Below, in pieces: positions 22,663-48,800 of a stretch of 48,800 nt of DNA. Origin of the DNA: Priapulus caudatus (taxonomy: Eukaryota). The stretch is from contig NW_014577078.1 of NCBI RefSeq assembly GCF_000485595.1, positions 1,438,977-1,487,776 of the forward strand. Reading direction: 5' to 3'. The notes below the pieces were generated by a model. It had not been told where the DNA came from. It saw nothing but the letters and a program-made list of their open reading frames with translations, and did not search any database. The position numbers and the translations under genes were made by a program. The first letter of the stretch is position 1, and each line of letters begins with the position of its first letter.

Positions 22663-24272
22663 GGACTGTCGTCTTCCACCCTAACTACGGGATAGGAAGC
22701 GGAAGTGGACATTAAAGGGGGGCGGGGGTTAAATGCTAAAATTGCACACAAACAATAACATATCTCGAATATATAACACTGTATTTGGTTAAGCGTATGT
22801 CATGATCAGCTGGTACACATCATATCGTTTAGAGGTGTTGGTGAAATAGTTGCGTTCGAAGTGTAGCGTGTCATGTCATATCTCCGCGGAAATACAAGCG
22901 TACAAGTGGTTTACCAACATCATTGTTATCAGACTGCAGCCAACTTTCACGATGATACTACAAGACCGTGTCAAACGAGACCAGCATCATTGTATCTAGA
23001 TCATACATAGAACATCTTGCATGGGCGGTGTCAATGTTTGCACAGCCGAAGTTTGAAAAGCAGCAAAAACATCAGGAGAACACAACGCTATGAACACAAA
23101 AGATTCTTTCAACACAAATTGCTACATAACGTTTACTCGGAGTTCGGGGGAAAATACCCACTATCTTTGTGCTGGAACACAGACAATATAAGAACTGTCT
23201 AACCTGTGCAACGTTTGAATGTACGATTGCCATAGTTTCAATCCGATTTCTCTACTCACCTACAGATATTAGCTTCATATCTATTAAAAACAAGAAATAT
23301 AGAACCAATTTAAATAGCTAGCATAAAAATACATATATTTTTGTACAATATTTAGTGATTTTAACAACCATCCTTGTATTTACATAACGATTTTAATCAG
23401 TCATTATACGTTGCCCAAATGCCAGTACAACAAAACAAGCATCCATCGCATCGCAATTTCAGAAATCTCTTATGCCGATGCCTCTCAATATCAGTTCAGT
23501 ACTTCCTACAAAAGGAGCAAAGGAGTTACATCTCTCCTCACACTGTCACACTTTCCATTTTGAAATCACTCATCCATAATAAAACGCTTTTGCGTACCAT
23601 TGCTAAGTCTTTAGAATGTATATGATTTTATGGATCAGCCAATGCTATTTATATGTATCACTTGATTTTATACTTAGTCATGTTAGAGTAACACAATTAT
23701 TTAACTATGCCAAAAAGAATCCATACAAAATGAAATGTACTATACGGACACAACCACCCCCAATAGATGGCAGCACTCACTGGCTTATGACCAGAAACCA
23801 CTTGCCATAATATGATCTACAGCCTACAGGAATGTATAAATAACTATTTATTGTAAAAACGTTTCATTAACAGTCAACCCTGGTGGGGTTATACCATGGC
23901 AGTCAATGAACTTTTGGAATGTTGCACAGAAAAATCAATGAAAATGTAGAAACTGTAGGGACTGTTTAAATCCTATGATAACATCTCCTGGTAACATATA
24001 TATACATCATATTATATTTGTGTAGTGCACAGCATGGCTACTGGCCACTTACATAGATAAGTGTTTTCTTTGTTTTACTATCTATAATAAACGCTCCGTC
24101 AGCAGCAGATCAAGCTGTTTCTCAGGGACTCGATTATCACCTGGTTTGATTATTCATCTTCCTGCAGTCTGACATACATCACAGAATCGGTGCCTATGTG
24201 ACCCTTGCCCATTGGGAACTTTCCAACATTTGTGTGACTAGCCTTTTAGCACAGACGTTCTGGGCTTCCATT

Positions 24273-24410
24273 GGTGGCAATTCTCCCCATCAAGATGACT
24301 GTACTTTAACGCTGATGAGGGCTCCACGTGGTGGCAAGGTTGGTGGCCACTCTCCCAATCACGGTGACTGTAGTTTCACACCGACGAGGGCGCCTCCTGG
24401 TGGAAAGGTT
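24273..24410. repeat. Diverged 69-bp tandem duplication in the presumed LIX1 3' UTR
   Basis: ggtggc...ggtgg(c/a)aaggtt twice, colinear with no indels. Confidence 0.85.
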
Positions 24411-24555
24411 CTAACAACCCAACAACCATGCCTTTCATACACGGATGTGGGCACGCAGCTCCTGGTCGGAAGCTGCAAGCATCCTGATGTGTACATGGGT
24501 ACGTCTGTGGAGAGTAGATTGTCGGCTCGTAGGGCACGGCCCAGCACAACAGTGG

Positions 24556-37049
<12,494 letters not shown>

Positions 37050-38700
37050 TCATTCCATCGTTCAAGCAGAAATTCACAGCGAGAATGCGCAACGCTACGT
37101 TTTTTCACTATCTACGCGTGTGAACCATTCGACACACGCACAGAAAAGACACACGATTCGACACACACGTCATGAAAGAACAGGTTGTACACCAGGAACT
37201 GATATTTATGTTGACCTAAGCATTTCTGGTGCAAAACCATCTTGCAACACCGGCAATAAATCGTTTTCCATGAAGTCTGCTAACACGTGTTCGCTTTCAC
37301 CTTTACTCTGCAAGCCTTACGATGTATCAGGAGAGTGCGTGTTGTGAATATTTTGCCTTACACGAACGCACACCGTCGATTTTCGGCGCGTCCGAGTTTT
37401 GACCCACTTTGTATTGTTATTACAACCTACATTACATGTGATTTAATGTGGCATCTTGCTCGTTCAACGCTTCACTATATCAAATTTGAATAGACATTAG
37501 GGTGTGTGACAGCAGAAGCGGGTTCGTTTGCTGCATAAACCACACAAGTGCCCTTGAGGAGTTTCTTGAAACCGAAAGTATACGCACGGTCGGCTACACC
37601 ACGTACAAACAAACGTCTCAGTGTTACGATTCCGATTGTCAACCTTCACTGGGTCATCAGCATAAAGAATTGCGCCTTGAACAGAACGCATGACACTTCC
37701 TGAAAACGTGTACCAGCGGTAGCCGCTACGCTCTTAACACACACACGCAGTCACGCACACACGCACGCACGCGCACACACGCGCGCGCACGCAGCGACGC
37801 AATTTCCATGTCTTTGTTGCGTGGCGCATTGTTTTTTCAACTAAAATAATCCCGTGGGGTTTGCACAATTCACGGCAGCCAACGTCCTAACATAAACAAA
37901 GTTATCTAGTCAAAATATCTGAGGCAATGTACGTGTCGTATGCCATGTCTCTGTGTTTCAGAAGAATACCGGTGATTTATCGCTCGATAACGCCTGGTCG
38001 TTGTCACGCCCGCCCGTTGCGTAGTAATTAATTAGTTGCCAATTAAGAAACTGCGCAAACTTAACGACTCGGTCTAAGCGTAAACTACCCCTACGGAAAA
38101 AAGGATTGGCCACCCGCTGTGAACAGACAGGCATGTGTATTCGCGAGTCAAGACCTTATTATTTATTAATGCCGAAATTACAGGAAAAACTCCAGTTTTT
38201 GTCACATGAGCCAGGAGCACTTTCCCATGCCCTGAACGTGAAATCCCTTCGTTTAGCCTAACCCTTTCCCCTCAACAGTCACGTGACGAATACACCTTGC
38301 AGTTGTTTTTCTAAGGTGGGTAGGACTCCCGGGGGATGACCAACGTGACCCCGTATACCGTGACTACAGTCCAGCCTGTGTGCGGACCACGGCGTAACAC
38401 TGAATGCCTGCGCGTCACAGCATTCTCTATATACCCTGCTGCCGCCTCGGCGCCAGGTTATTGACTCCCGCGTGACAGCTCCCGGCCCGCGCGATTATAT
38501 TATTAAAAGATTATCGTATTTTCGCGCCGTATTATTTCGATGTTGTTCTATTTGATGAAGCAGCGTGCTGAGTCGAGGGAGTTACGCGGGCCAACCCCCC
38601 GCGAGCAGTGACGGTGGTTTGACGACGACGCGCAGCCGACCGAGACGCACATCGACGGCTGCGCACATCGAGCCGAGCATGAATAGACCCCCCCCCCCTT

Positions 38701-38849
<149 letters not shown>

Positions 38850-38850
<1 letters not shown>

Positions 38851-40192
38851 CATAGATATCACAGGAGCATATGCGGGAGTGAATAATAATATTAAATTTA
38901 TTATTATTATTTATTATTGTCTATTATTATTCATCCTGAGCTTATCATACAGGGAACTGTGAATACAGATATTGCACGGCGACTCGTAACTGCTAACTAT
39001 GTTACTATGAGAAACGTGAACGCACGCAGGGCACATGTAGTCACTCTGGTGGTAGGGAGCCTGGCGAAATATGCGTGTAGAAGCGAGAATGAAAGAAATG
39101 ATATGATGATGATGTGATATGAATGAATTCAATATAGAATGCCTGATATAGAGTCTCCTGTAAATATAAGGCAACCAGGGAAGGCTTATATACTCAGAAG
39201 TAAATAATAGGGAGGTAAATAATACCGCCTCATTATTTATTCCTGGTGTATATGTACTTACAGATGAGCGTTATTATCCGGTGATCAAACGTAAATTCGT
39301 CATCAAGCATTGAAATAAATTGCGCTCCGAATAAATTGATGACGCCGCGTCTAGTATTTAAGGAATATACAGATTGCGCGGTGGGCCAAAAGATGAGGAT
39401 AGAATTTCACAATTTCAAACATTTTTACATATCAGATTACGAGAAATTATGCTATGCAAACAATCATAAAAGTTTGTGAATAGCACATGACAGGAAACCG
39501 GGACCCCTCCTTCCGCATACATGCACACAGACGAGAGTATAACTGAGGTAAAAAACCAGCCCGCGGTGCTACCACAAAGAAGAGATATATTGTCACGGGT
39601 CTAACCAGTTTGACACGAGGTAGACACAGGTAAGATATAGAGCACACACACACGGACCGCTCCGACTAGCTTCACTAAATCACCGATTGTAGATCGAACG
39701 ATGCTCTCAAAATCGCACATTGCCAAGTCCTTCGCGAGCCCAATCCTGCCAATTTGTAAATCAATTCGCGCGTGGCGTGTGACATTGAATATTGAATTAA
39801 TTATTATTCATATTTCGTAACGACTCTCGTGTAATGTCAAATTGCATGGCAAATGTTCAGCTATGTCGATTTCACACTGGCAGCAACCTGATGCAAGGCC
39901 ATCGTGCACATGCACCGAGAGCGTTTTTCCACGCGTGCATCAATTATATAAACACAACTTCGTAACAACCGAAACGGCGCCGGATTTATCAGCCATTATA
40001 TCGCCGGAGCCAATGTAACGAATGCCAAGTAGCCTACCGTTATCGGACACGGGCGCTTTTGTTGCTTATATACAGACTTCAGCGCGACCGCTGCATGAAG
40101 GCGAGAACATGAAAAGAGAGAGAGGAGCAAATTATTATAAATAAATAAATAAATAAAAAAATATATATTATATATACATATATATATATATG

Positions 40193-40232
<40 letters not shown>

Positions 40233-40330
40233 GAGAGAGAGAGACGAAGAGAGAGAGAGGAGAGAGAGAAGAGGCAGAGCAAGAGAAGAGAGAAGAGAGA
40301 GTGAGAGAGCAGATGAGAGAGAGAGAGAGA

Positions 40331-40368
<38 letters not shown>

Positions 40369-40370
40369 GA

Positions 40371-40442
<72 letters not shown>

Positions 40443-40444
40443 AC

Positions 40445-40475
<31 letters not shown>

Positions 40476-40491
40476 CGAGAGAGAGAGAGAG
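38850..40491 (+). repeat. Copy 1 of a ~1.6 kb duplicated block, from (CA)n through unique sequence to (TA)n(GA)n, ending at a gap
   Basis: Colinear with 47279-48800 from catagatatcaca to gaaagagagagaggagca and the following microsatellites. Confidence 0.95.
39262..39310 (-). CDS. Tentative LIX1 first coding exon (MLDDEFTFDHRIITLI + 1 nt)
   Basis: ATG-initiated, ends at a perfect |GTAAGT donor in phase 1, matching the exon ending at 36901. There is no homology support, and the duplicate copy near 47685 has an in-frame stop. Confidence 0.2.
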
Positions 40492-41363
40492 NNNNNNNNN
40501 NNNNNNNNNNNNNNNNCGACCTATCAGAAATGGCAGGCGAGCGCTTGCGAAAGAACTCAAGCGAAAACCGCGCAGCAGTGTCAACTACTGGCCATCATTA
40601 CACGCCGCCAACATTCGGCTGCCGACCGCAAACGCCAGCGAACATTTTGTTCGTTTAGTGCGTATTACACACGCGGCGCACGAAACGACGCGAAAATCCT
40701 CCCCTTTTTTATCCGCCTGCGCATCGAGGAGACTCGATAAACACGCGCCGACGCGCCGACTACTGTGTGCACACACGCGGGCGTTGGCTATACAATACGT
40801 ACGTACACCGCGCATCACACAATTGCAGTCGGACAAACGCACGCCAGCCACAGCACACAACACTCGCCTTTAGCTGATCATTCGAGCAATCAAGTTGCTG
40901 TCGGCGCTTGCGCCGCGTGTTTTGTAGCGGCGTGCGCAGTCGCCGTCGTCACGGTCTCGCTCTGCCGCGCGACGCTGCAGTGTGGTCGTGCGCGCACGAC
41001 GGGTGCATGATGCTCGCTTCCTAGTTGCTGTGCCCCCCCTCCCCTCCCCCCCCCCCCCCCCGCCCCCCCCCCCCCTGTGGCTATGTATATATACGGCCAA
41101 TGCGCATGAAGATCGTGTGAATGAGATGAATGAACTGACAGCCAGGGCGAGTCGGTCAGGCCATGATGGACGCGGCGTTAGAGATGGAGGAAAAAATAAG
41201 AGAGAGCTGAGATAATGACAGAGAGAAATACGAATAAACTAAAAACTGAAAAAACTGAAGAAAGAAACACGGCGAGCAGAAAATGTTGAGAAGACCCTGC
41301 CCCCCCCCTCGTCTCTCTCTGCTCTCTCTCTCTGCCTGCTCTCTTCTCTCTCTCATCATATAA

Positions 41364-41395
<32 letters not shown>

Positions 41396-43819
41396 AGACG
41401 ACTGGCGGGATGGGGTGCACTACTCGAGGACACTCTTCTCCAACTGGAACAATAAATCATTGTTCGGACTTTAATCAAGATGTAACTATCTCTCTCTGTG
41501 TGCGTGCGTGCGTGCGTGTGTGTTCGTGGGTGCGTACGTGCGTGTCATCAATCGTCATCAAGATGGCATTACAGCGGCAATTACCCGCAATCACAATGCA
41601 ATGTCGCTCGCCATTAGCCCGCTTTTACCGCTGTTTAGCACACCGTCCCGCCAGCGACTACGGAAGCAACTTCCGAGGATGCAGCAGCCGATCTCCTGCT
41701 CTCTCGAGCACGCCTCTCTGGGTGATGAGGACTCAACAGCCGTGAGAATGCTCGCCGGTAGTGCCTCTTCTCACGGGCGTGCTCGTGGTGATGAGCTGTC
41801 AGAAATATTGGTCGGGACCTCACCAGGGTTTTGCGAACTACGGCGCTTAATTCCTTATATGCGGCGAACATCCCGCGACCATTTCCCAACGAATGTCTTT
41901 TCCCCCCACCTTTTTCCTCGCTCTCTCCTCCACCTCTTTTCTCGCTCTCTCTCTCCCAAGTCTCCAGCTACCCATCCCCGCGATCCTCTCATGGCGTCCG
42001 GCCTTCCCGGGATCCCCTATTTCGAGATGTTGCACCTTTCGCGGGGTACAGTTGACGCCGAAGCCTGTGTCTGAGAGTAAACCTTATTACGGCTTTTCCG
42101 TTTTGGTCTCTCTCCCCCTCTCTCATCTCTCCGTGTCTCTGCCTCTCTCACTCTCTTTCTGTCTCTACCACTCTCTTCTTGCTGTCGTATCCCCATGCTT
42201 TCTTGCTCTCTTCTCCCCTTCTCTCCCCCTCCCTCTCTCTCGTGCTATCACTCCCTGTCACTCTTGTGCTCTTTCTCCCTTTTACTCTCGCGCTCGTCCT
42301 CTCTCTCTCTCTCCCTCTCTGTACCTCTCTCTCTCTCTCGCTCGCTCGTTCTCTAGCTTATATTCGCCCCCTCGCTCCCTCTTTCTCTCTCGACGCCTTA
42401 CCTGTCTTCCCCTATCGCTCTCATCATATCTCTATATTTCTCTAGTGTCATCCCGCGCTGCTCTGCCCGCTTGCTCCGTTAATCTCGCCCACGCAGCGGA
42501 TCCCTGTAACTGGTTCCGAGCATCGAGAACGGCGGCGGCGACGACAGCGCAGTGGAAGACGGTAATTGAAAGATCGCGCGACACACTAATCCGCAAGAGT
42601 TGCCCGCCGTCGCGTACCGATCGCGCCATGGCAGCCAGCCTGCCTGCCAGCCTGCCAGCCAGCCAGCCAGCCAGTCAGTCAGCCTGCCAGCCAGCCAGCC
42701 AGCCTACCACCCAGCCAGTCAGTCAGTCAGCCGTTCTCTCCCACCAGCCTTCCCTCGATCTCACATGCGGATTAGGTCGGAGTTGCTGCCGACGCGATTT
42801 CCTCTCGCTTCACACTATTATATCAATTTTTACGCCGAATGTCTCTCGTCCACTTTCCTTAGAGGAAATCAAACATGTTGACGCCTACGTCTGTGTGTCA
42901 TACTCTGTGGGTCTGAACGATGTATATAATATATATATATATATATAAATAATATTAATAAACTGTGGTATACTAGAGTATAATAGAACAAATCAAGAGT
43001 CGAGGAGAAAGGGGTTATGATAACGGAACGTGATGGGACGCAGACTGTGCACGGGGCCTAAACCCGTCTGCTACGCGACATTCTATAGCAGATGATTTCT
43101 TTAACTACACGATTTTACGCATGACAGCGGTGGAGGTTTAAAATGTCCTTCGTCAAATCAAAGCCTTCACAGAAGAAAGAGTCAAGGCATGGGAAACTAC
43201 TTCTACTACTAACGACTACGAATGTGTATAACGCCCTCTCTCCAGCGACGCCGACTACGATAAGTACGGTATGCCGATTGGTTAAAGTTCCCGGACTTCG
43301 ATCAACATGATGACAACAATACAAACGAAATAGAACACGTCCCATTTTACGAATCTGGTTACTCACTATTCTCTCAATATAGTCCCCCGCCGAATATTTG
43401 GCCATCGTGAATCGATCTACCTATATGTTCGCATCATCGATTTCCATCGGAAAACTTTGTAACTAAACGTTGATAATGTAATCATGAACTCATGGGAGAA
43501 TTTCCCTTGTAGGCGAACCGTCACACATCACGATGGCGATCGACACCATCGAGAAATCGATTTGTGTTCGTCATATAGCGTGTCAGCGAAATTGCGGCTA
43601 GGCACGCTTTCGAAGAACAACTTTATTATTCTTCCTTTCATCCTTCATAACTTCACTATTGTAACATACTACGCACAAACCTCATTTACCTCTAAATCCT
43701 ATAGAATATAAGCGTGAGCACTGTGACTCTTTGTTATTCGTATTCGCAAGGTGGCACTGAAAACTCTGCTCCCCTGTCCCGTCCCGCAAAACACGCAACG
43801 CGTCGCTTCCCTTACTTTA

Positions 43820-43970
43820 CCAACCACACCTACCAACCACCAACCAACTTACCAACCAACCAACCACCAACCAACCAACTTACTACCAACCAACCAACCA
43901 ACCAACCAACCAACCAACCAACCAACCACTACCAACCACCAACTTTACCAACCACCTTACTTTACCAACC
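43820..43970. repeat. (CCAA)n microsatellite
   Basis: Directly visible. Confidence 0.92.
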
Positions 43971-44971
43971 ACACGGCTACAGCCAACTAGTAAAACGCGC
44001 TGCACTGTATATATATGGACAGCCGTTTTCACGGCCGATGAAGTTTACGGGGCTTTTATTCGCGATTGCATGATTTACAGGCAACAAAGCCGAGCATGGT
44101 GGATTGATGCCGAGCCCTGTGCGTGGATAGAATGGCCGATAAGCCCTACCAGCAGGCTCGCCGCTGGCACACACATCACCATAATACGCCCTCGACCAGC
44201 ACACACGGCGATGAATACTCCAGAAAATGGTATACTGTTCTCCTCGACCAACGGGGGAATAGGAGGTGGCTTGTAGCTCGGGTTAAGTTAGAGGTACAGG
44301 TGCGAAAAGCATGGACACCAGCCATGATCATTGCCATTTCACGTTTCATGTTCACGTTATAACACAGTATCAAAAATAAAAATGCAAAGCAATACGAATA
44401 AAGCAGACATATACGCAGCTATACGCACACACGATTGCATGCACGCACACACGCATGCGCACATAATTGTTGCAATAGTAATCACAATAAATTTTGAGGT
44501 ATGTACATGTTACATGACACATACATCTACAATTTCATTTACATGCATACATATAATTAACCAAGTCTGCTACACTGAATACAACATAATAACTGTGTCA
44601 CAAGATCGCATGCTGATAAAATCTGATATAACAAATTACAATTATCAACTCTATCAGTAAATCAATCTTCTTGGTAGGTAGGTGGTAGGCGATTGTCCTG
44701 TCTGCTCGCTGTGTGGTAGATTATGTCCATTTCCCAAGGAAATGAGCTGTATATAATTGCATCACAGCATGGGCTCATCTCGCCCCGTGAACCACAATTC
44801 AAATATTTTCGGTTGGCCAACATGAACAGAACTCAACAGTGAATAATAAACCAATTAAACTAAGTACTATACAATTGGGGGTTTATTAACTAGACGAATT
44901 TATAATTATATTAATGACGCACCTAATCACAGGTTGAACTATACATTTTTTTATACTTTATTCCTGTCAGA

Positions 44972-45052
44972 TAGACTGACTCCAAATGTCCTTCTGACTG
45001 AGTCTGTTGGTATCACTATAGCTGGTTATCAACGACTCATAGAGTCAGTCTA
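44972..45052. repeat. Nested inverted repeat (foldback), ~80 nt
   Basis: Outer stem tagactgactc/gagtcagtcta; inner stems tgagtc/gactca and gttggta/tatcaac. Confidence 0.7.
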
Positions 45053-47229
45053 GCCCTCGAACGAACATCTGACCTAATTATTTACCTTTTTTGCCAATAA
45101 CGTGGCTTACCTCCCACCACTAACCTTTGGCTGTCAATTTTTTTTGTCGTGTGCCCACTGGGCGGGTATGAAGAGATTCACAGTTTTCACTGGCAGGTGC
45201 CGCCGCGTGCAGGCTCTCTTCTTAGTTGTCAATATGAACGACCTACGCGGGTTTTCCCCTAAACAAGCGCTCTTACCTTTTTTTATAACAACTTGGATTA
45301 ACTTTCACGAGAAATTACTGCCCTCAGCAATCCGTGACGCATTGTACGCCTGCCCCTCAGAAATTGTCTGAAAAAGACCTACATCAACGCACATAAAAGA
45401 TGGATTCTACACGCGTTAGACGCCTCACAATGACGCCCGCCCTACCGATCCAAGGTCCTCTTAGCTTCTAGATTTACATGCTGAGCACTTCAATTCATTC
45501 TAAGTAAAGTTGGAAATGTCTGGATTTTTTACAGAAATTAAACAATCGGCTGGTGTTGGAAGCAGAAACAGCTCGGCAAAAAATAGATAAAAAAACGAAG
45601 GAATGAAAACGCAAGGCTTCACTACAATATATCTTTCGAACAAACAATAAGTATCAATTAATTGCTAAAAATGAATTTTAGCCAGACGGCAATTATTAAT
45701 AACCTCTTTTGCCGGAATATCAGGTTCGTGCGCTTCTAACTTTCCAAAACCTCCACTCGTTCCGCCGCATGGTTATTTATTTGTAAACAATGTACCAATC
45801 CGATTTGTTCTTGTTTTACTCAGCCACTTCTCTTTCTCTCCCTATCGAATGAAATCATAGGCAAAGTAAAAGATTAGGTAGTCGACCAATCACGGATGTA
45901 GAAAAATATTGTATGATTGTGGCATGTGCCAGCTCCTACCAGACATCATTACACATGCAGAAAGCATAACCTGCTACTAGACGGCTCTACCTAAGCACAT
46001 AAATATGCAGGTACCAATTAAGTAATTAACTACTAATATATAGTAATCAATTTCTACTAATTGTTTAATAGGTACCCCCATAATTGTGATCTCTATAAAT
46101 TTTTAACCCCCACAAGAATTTGTTCAAAAAATATAATCCACTACATATTTCTCATCACAATGATCAAGAATTGGGAAGTTTCGCAGATAATCCGAGTTGG
46201 TGAGTAAACTGAAAGCGAATACTTCTCCGTTAGACGAACACATTTATTTCGGGCTCGGAATACGTGTACGGTTAAAAATGTAAATTTATGGATCTTTTAC
46301 TTTTGTCCATGAGTGATTTTGGTTTCCATTTACTAGAAAGGGGATAAGTAAGGGATCAACTATACCACACTCGTTTACGAGAGCTTGGTGAACGCTGTTA
46401 GGCCGCTGTAGCAGCTCACCGATTTAAAGGCGAACGAACGAGAGCAATAAATGACGAACAATGGTGTATAACAGCCATCCCCTGGCACAGAAGATGCAAT
46501 CGCTTCAACCCAACAGTTAGCGACATGCGCAAAACTGGCTGCTATTTGCTTGGCCTTCTTACACCTTGCCCGGTAATAAATAACGCCCAAGCCCCATAAT
46601 ACATACACGGGTATGTTTAACCCGCGAAAACGTTTCTATGCCGCCTGCATACCAACAAGACTAAGCATCCTTAGGATTTAGCGGCAATCCGTAGACTGCC
46701 ACCAGCATCGCAGTGTGAACAGTAATATCTGTCTACTACTGAGCGTGGGTGTCGTCTCACAACACTCACAAAGCTGTGCATCAGCTAGCGGGTAAACACT
46801 TCAGCAGAATTATCCCAAATGGAAGAGTTTAGAAGCGCGGCAGGGTTAGTTTTTCTTTGCGGCCAAATAATAATACACTGCGCGGCAACAATGACGCTTA
46901 ATTTCAGCAAGTACCTCGATGTGTTGATTTAGAATTTTAATAGCCAATCATGGCGGGAGGTATAGCTGTCTTTAAGACATCGCTGACCTTTCTCTAATAG
47001 CCTTATGTCGAAATAACCTTCCCTCCGACTGGCTACGGTGAAAAGCCACACACATTCACACTCGCACTCACACACTAGGGGCTCAGCTATACAGGGTCGA
47101 CCGCTTCCCCATCAGAAACTTAACGTCGTCGATAATTGAAACTAGCATTCTGAAGCATCTGTGCACAGGTCTAGGACATCTACACACACGCGCATACACA
47201 CACGCACGCACGCACACACGCACGCACAA

Positions 47230-47271
<42 letters not shown>

Positions 47272-47278
47272 ACACACA

Positions 47279-48800
<1,522 letters not shown>

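Noticed and set aside
24273..24410. Aligned TGA in both 23-codon units on the minus strand (readthrough or selenocysteine idea)
   Set aside because: Lies beyond the LIX1 TAG with no SECIS seen; the shared TGA is explained by common descent of the duplication.
40190..42948. 227-aa ER-rich and 351-aa SL-rich ORFs
   Set aside because: Driven by (GA)n/(CT)n/(CAGC)n repeats, and one spans an N-gap.

Overview
This is animal (invertebrate, protostome-like) genomic DNA from a draft assembly: microsatellite-rich, with four N-gaps (9473-9482, 11260-11269, 32747-32756, 40492-40516) and indel-type noise in places. I can read three genes. (1) A multi-exon + strand NRF-6/O-acyltransferase-like (acyltransferase_3) gene runs from about 2639 to a stop at 20527. 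(2) An intact, GC-rich ~2.1 kb exon of a Flamingo/Starry night/CELSR cadherin (signal peptide, prodomain, 4 cadherin repeats) sits on the same strand inside an intron of that gene. It is bracketed by inverted copies of a transposon-like end and lies just right of a Helitron 3' terminus and a gap; no further CELSR exons are visible. (3) A convergent - strand LIX1/lowfat gene has five phase-consistent coding exons (36901 down to 24556). Also present are a complete non-autonomous Helitron-like element, MITE-like elements, an R4/Dong-type retrotransposon endonuclease fragment at TAA repeats, several minisatellites, and a ~1.6 kb duplicated block. Most long ORFs in the supplied track are simple-repeat artefacts. 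The most interesting object is the nested CELSR exon, which is either gene capture/interleaving or an assembly misjoin; this cannot be resolved from the window alone.
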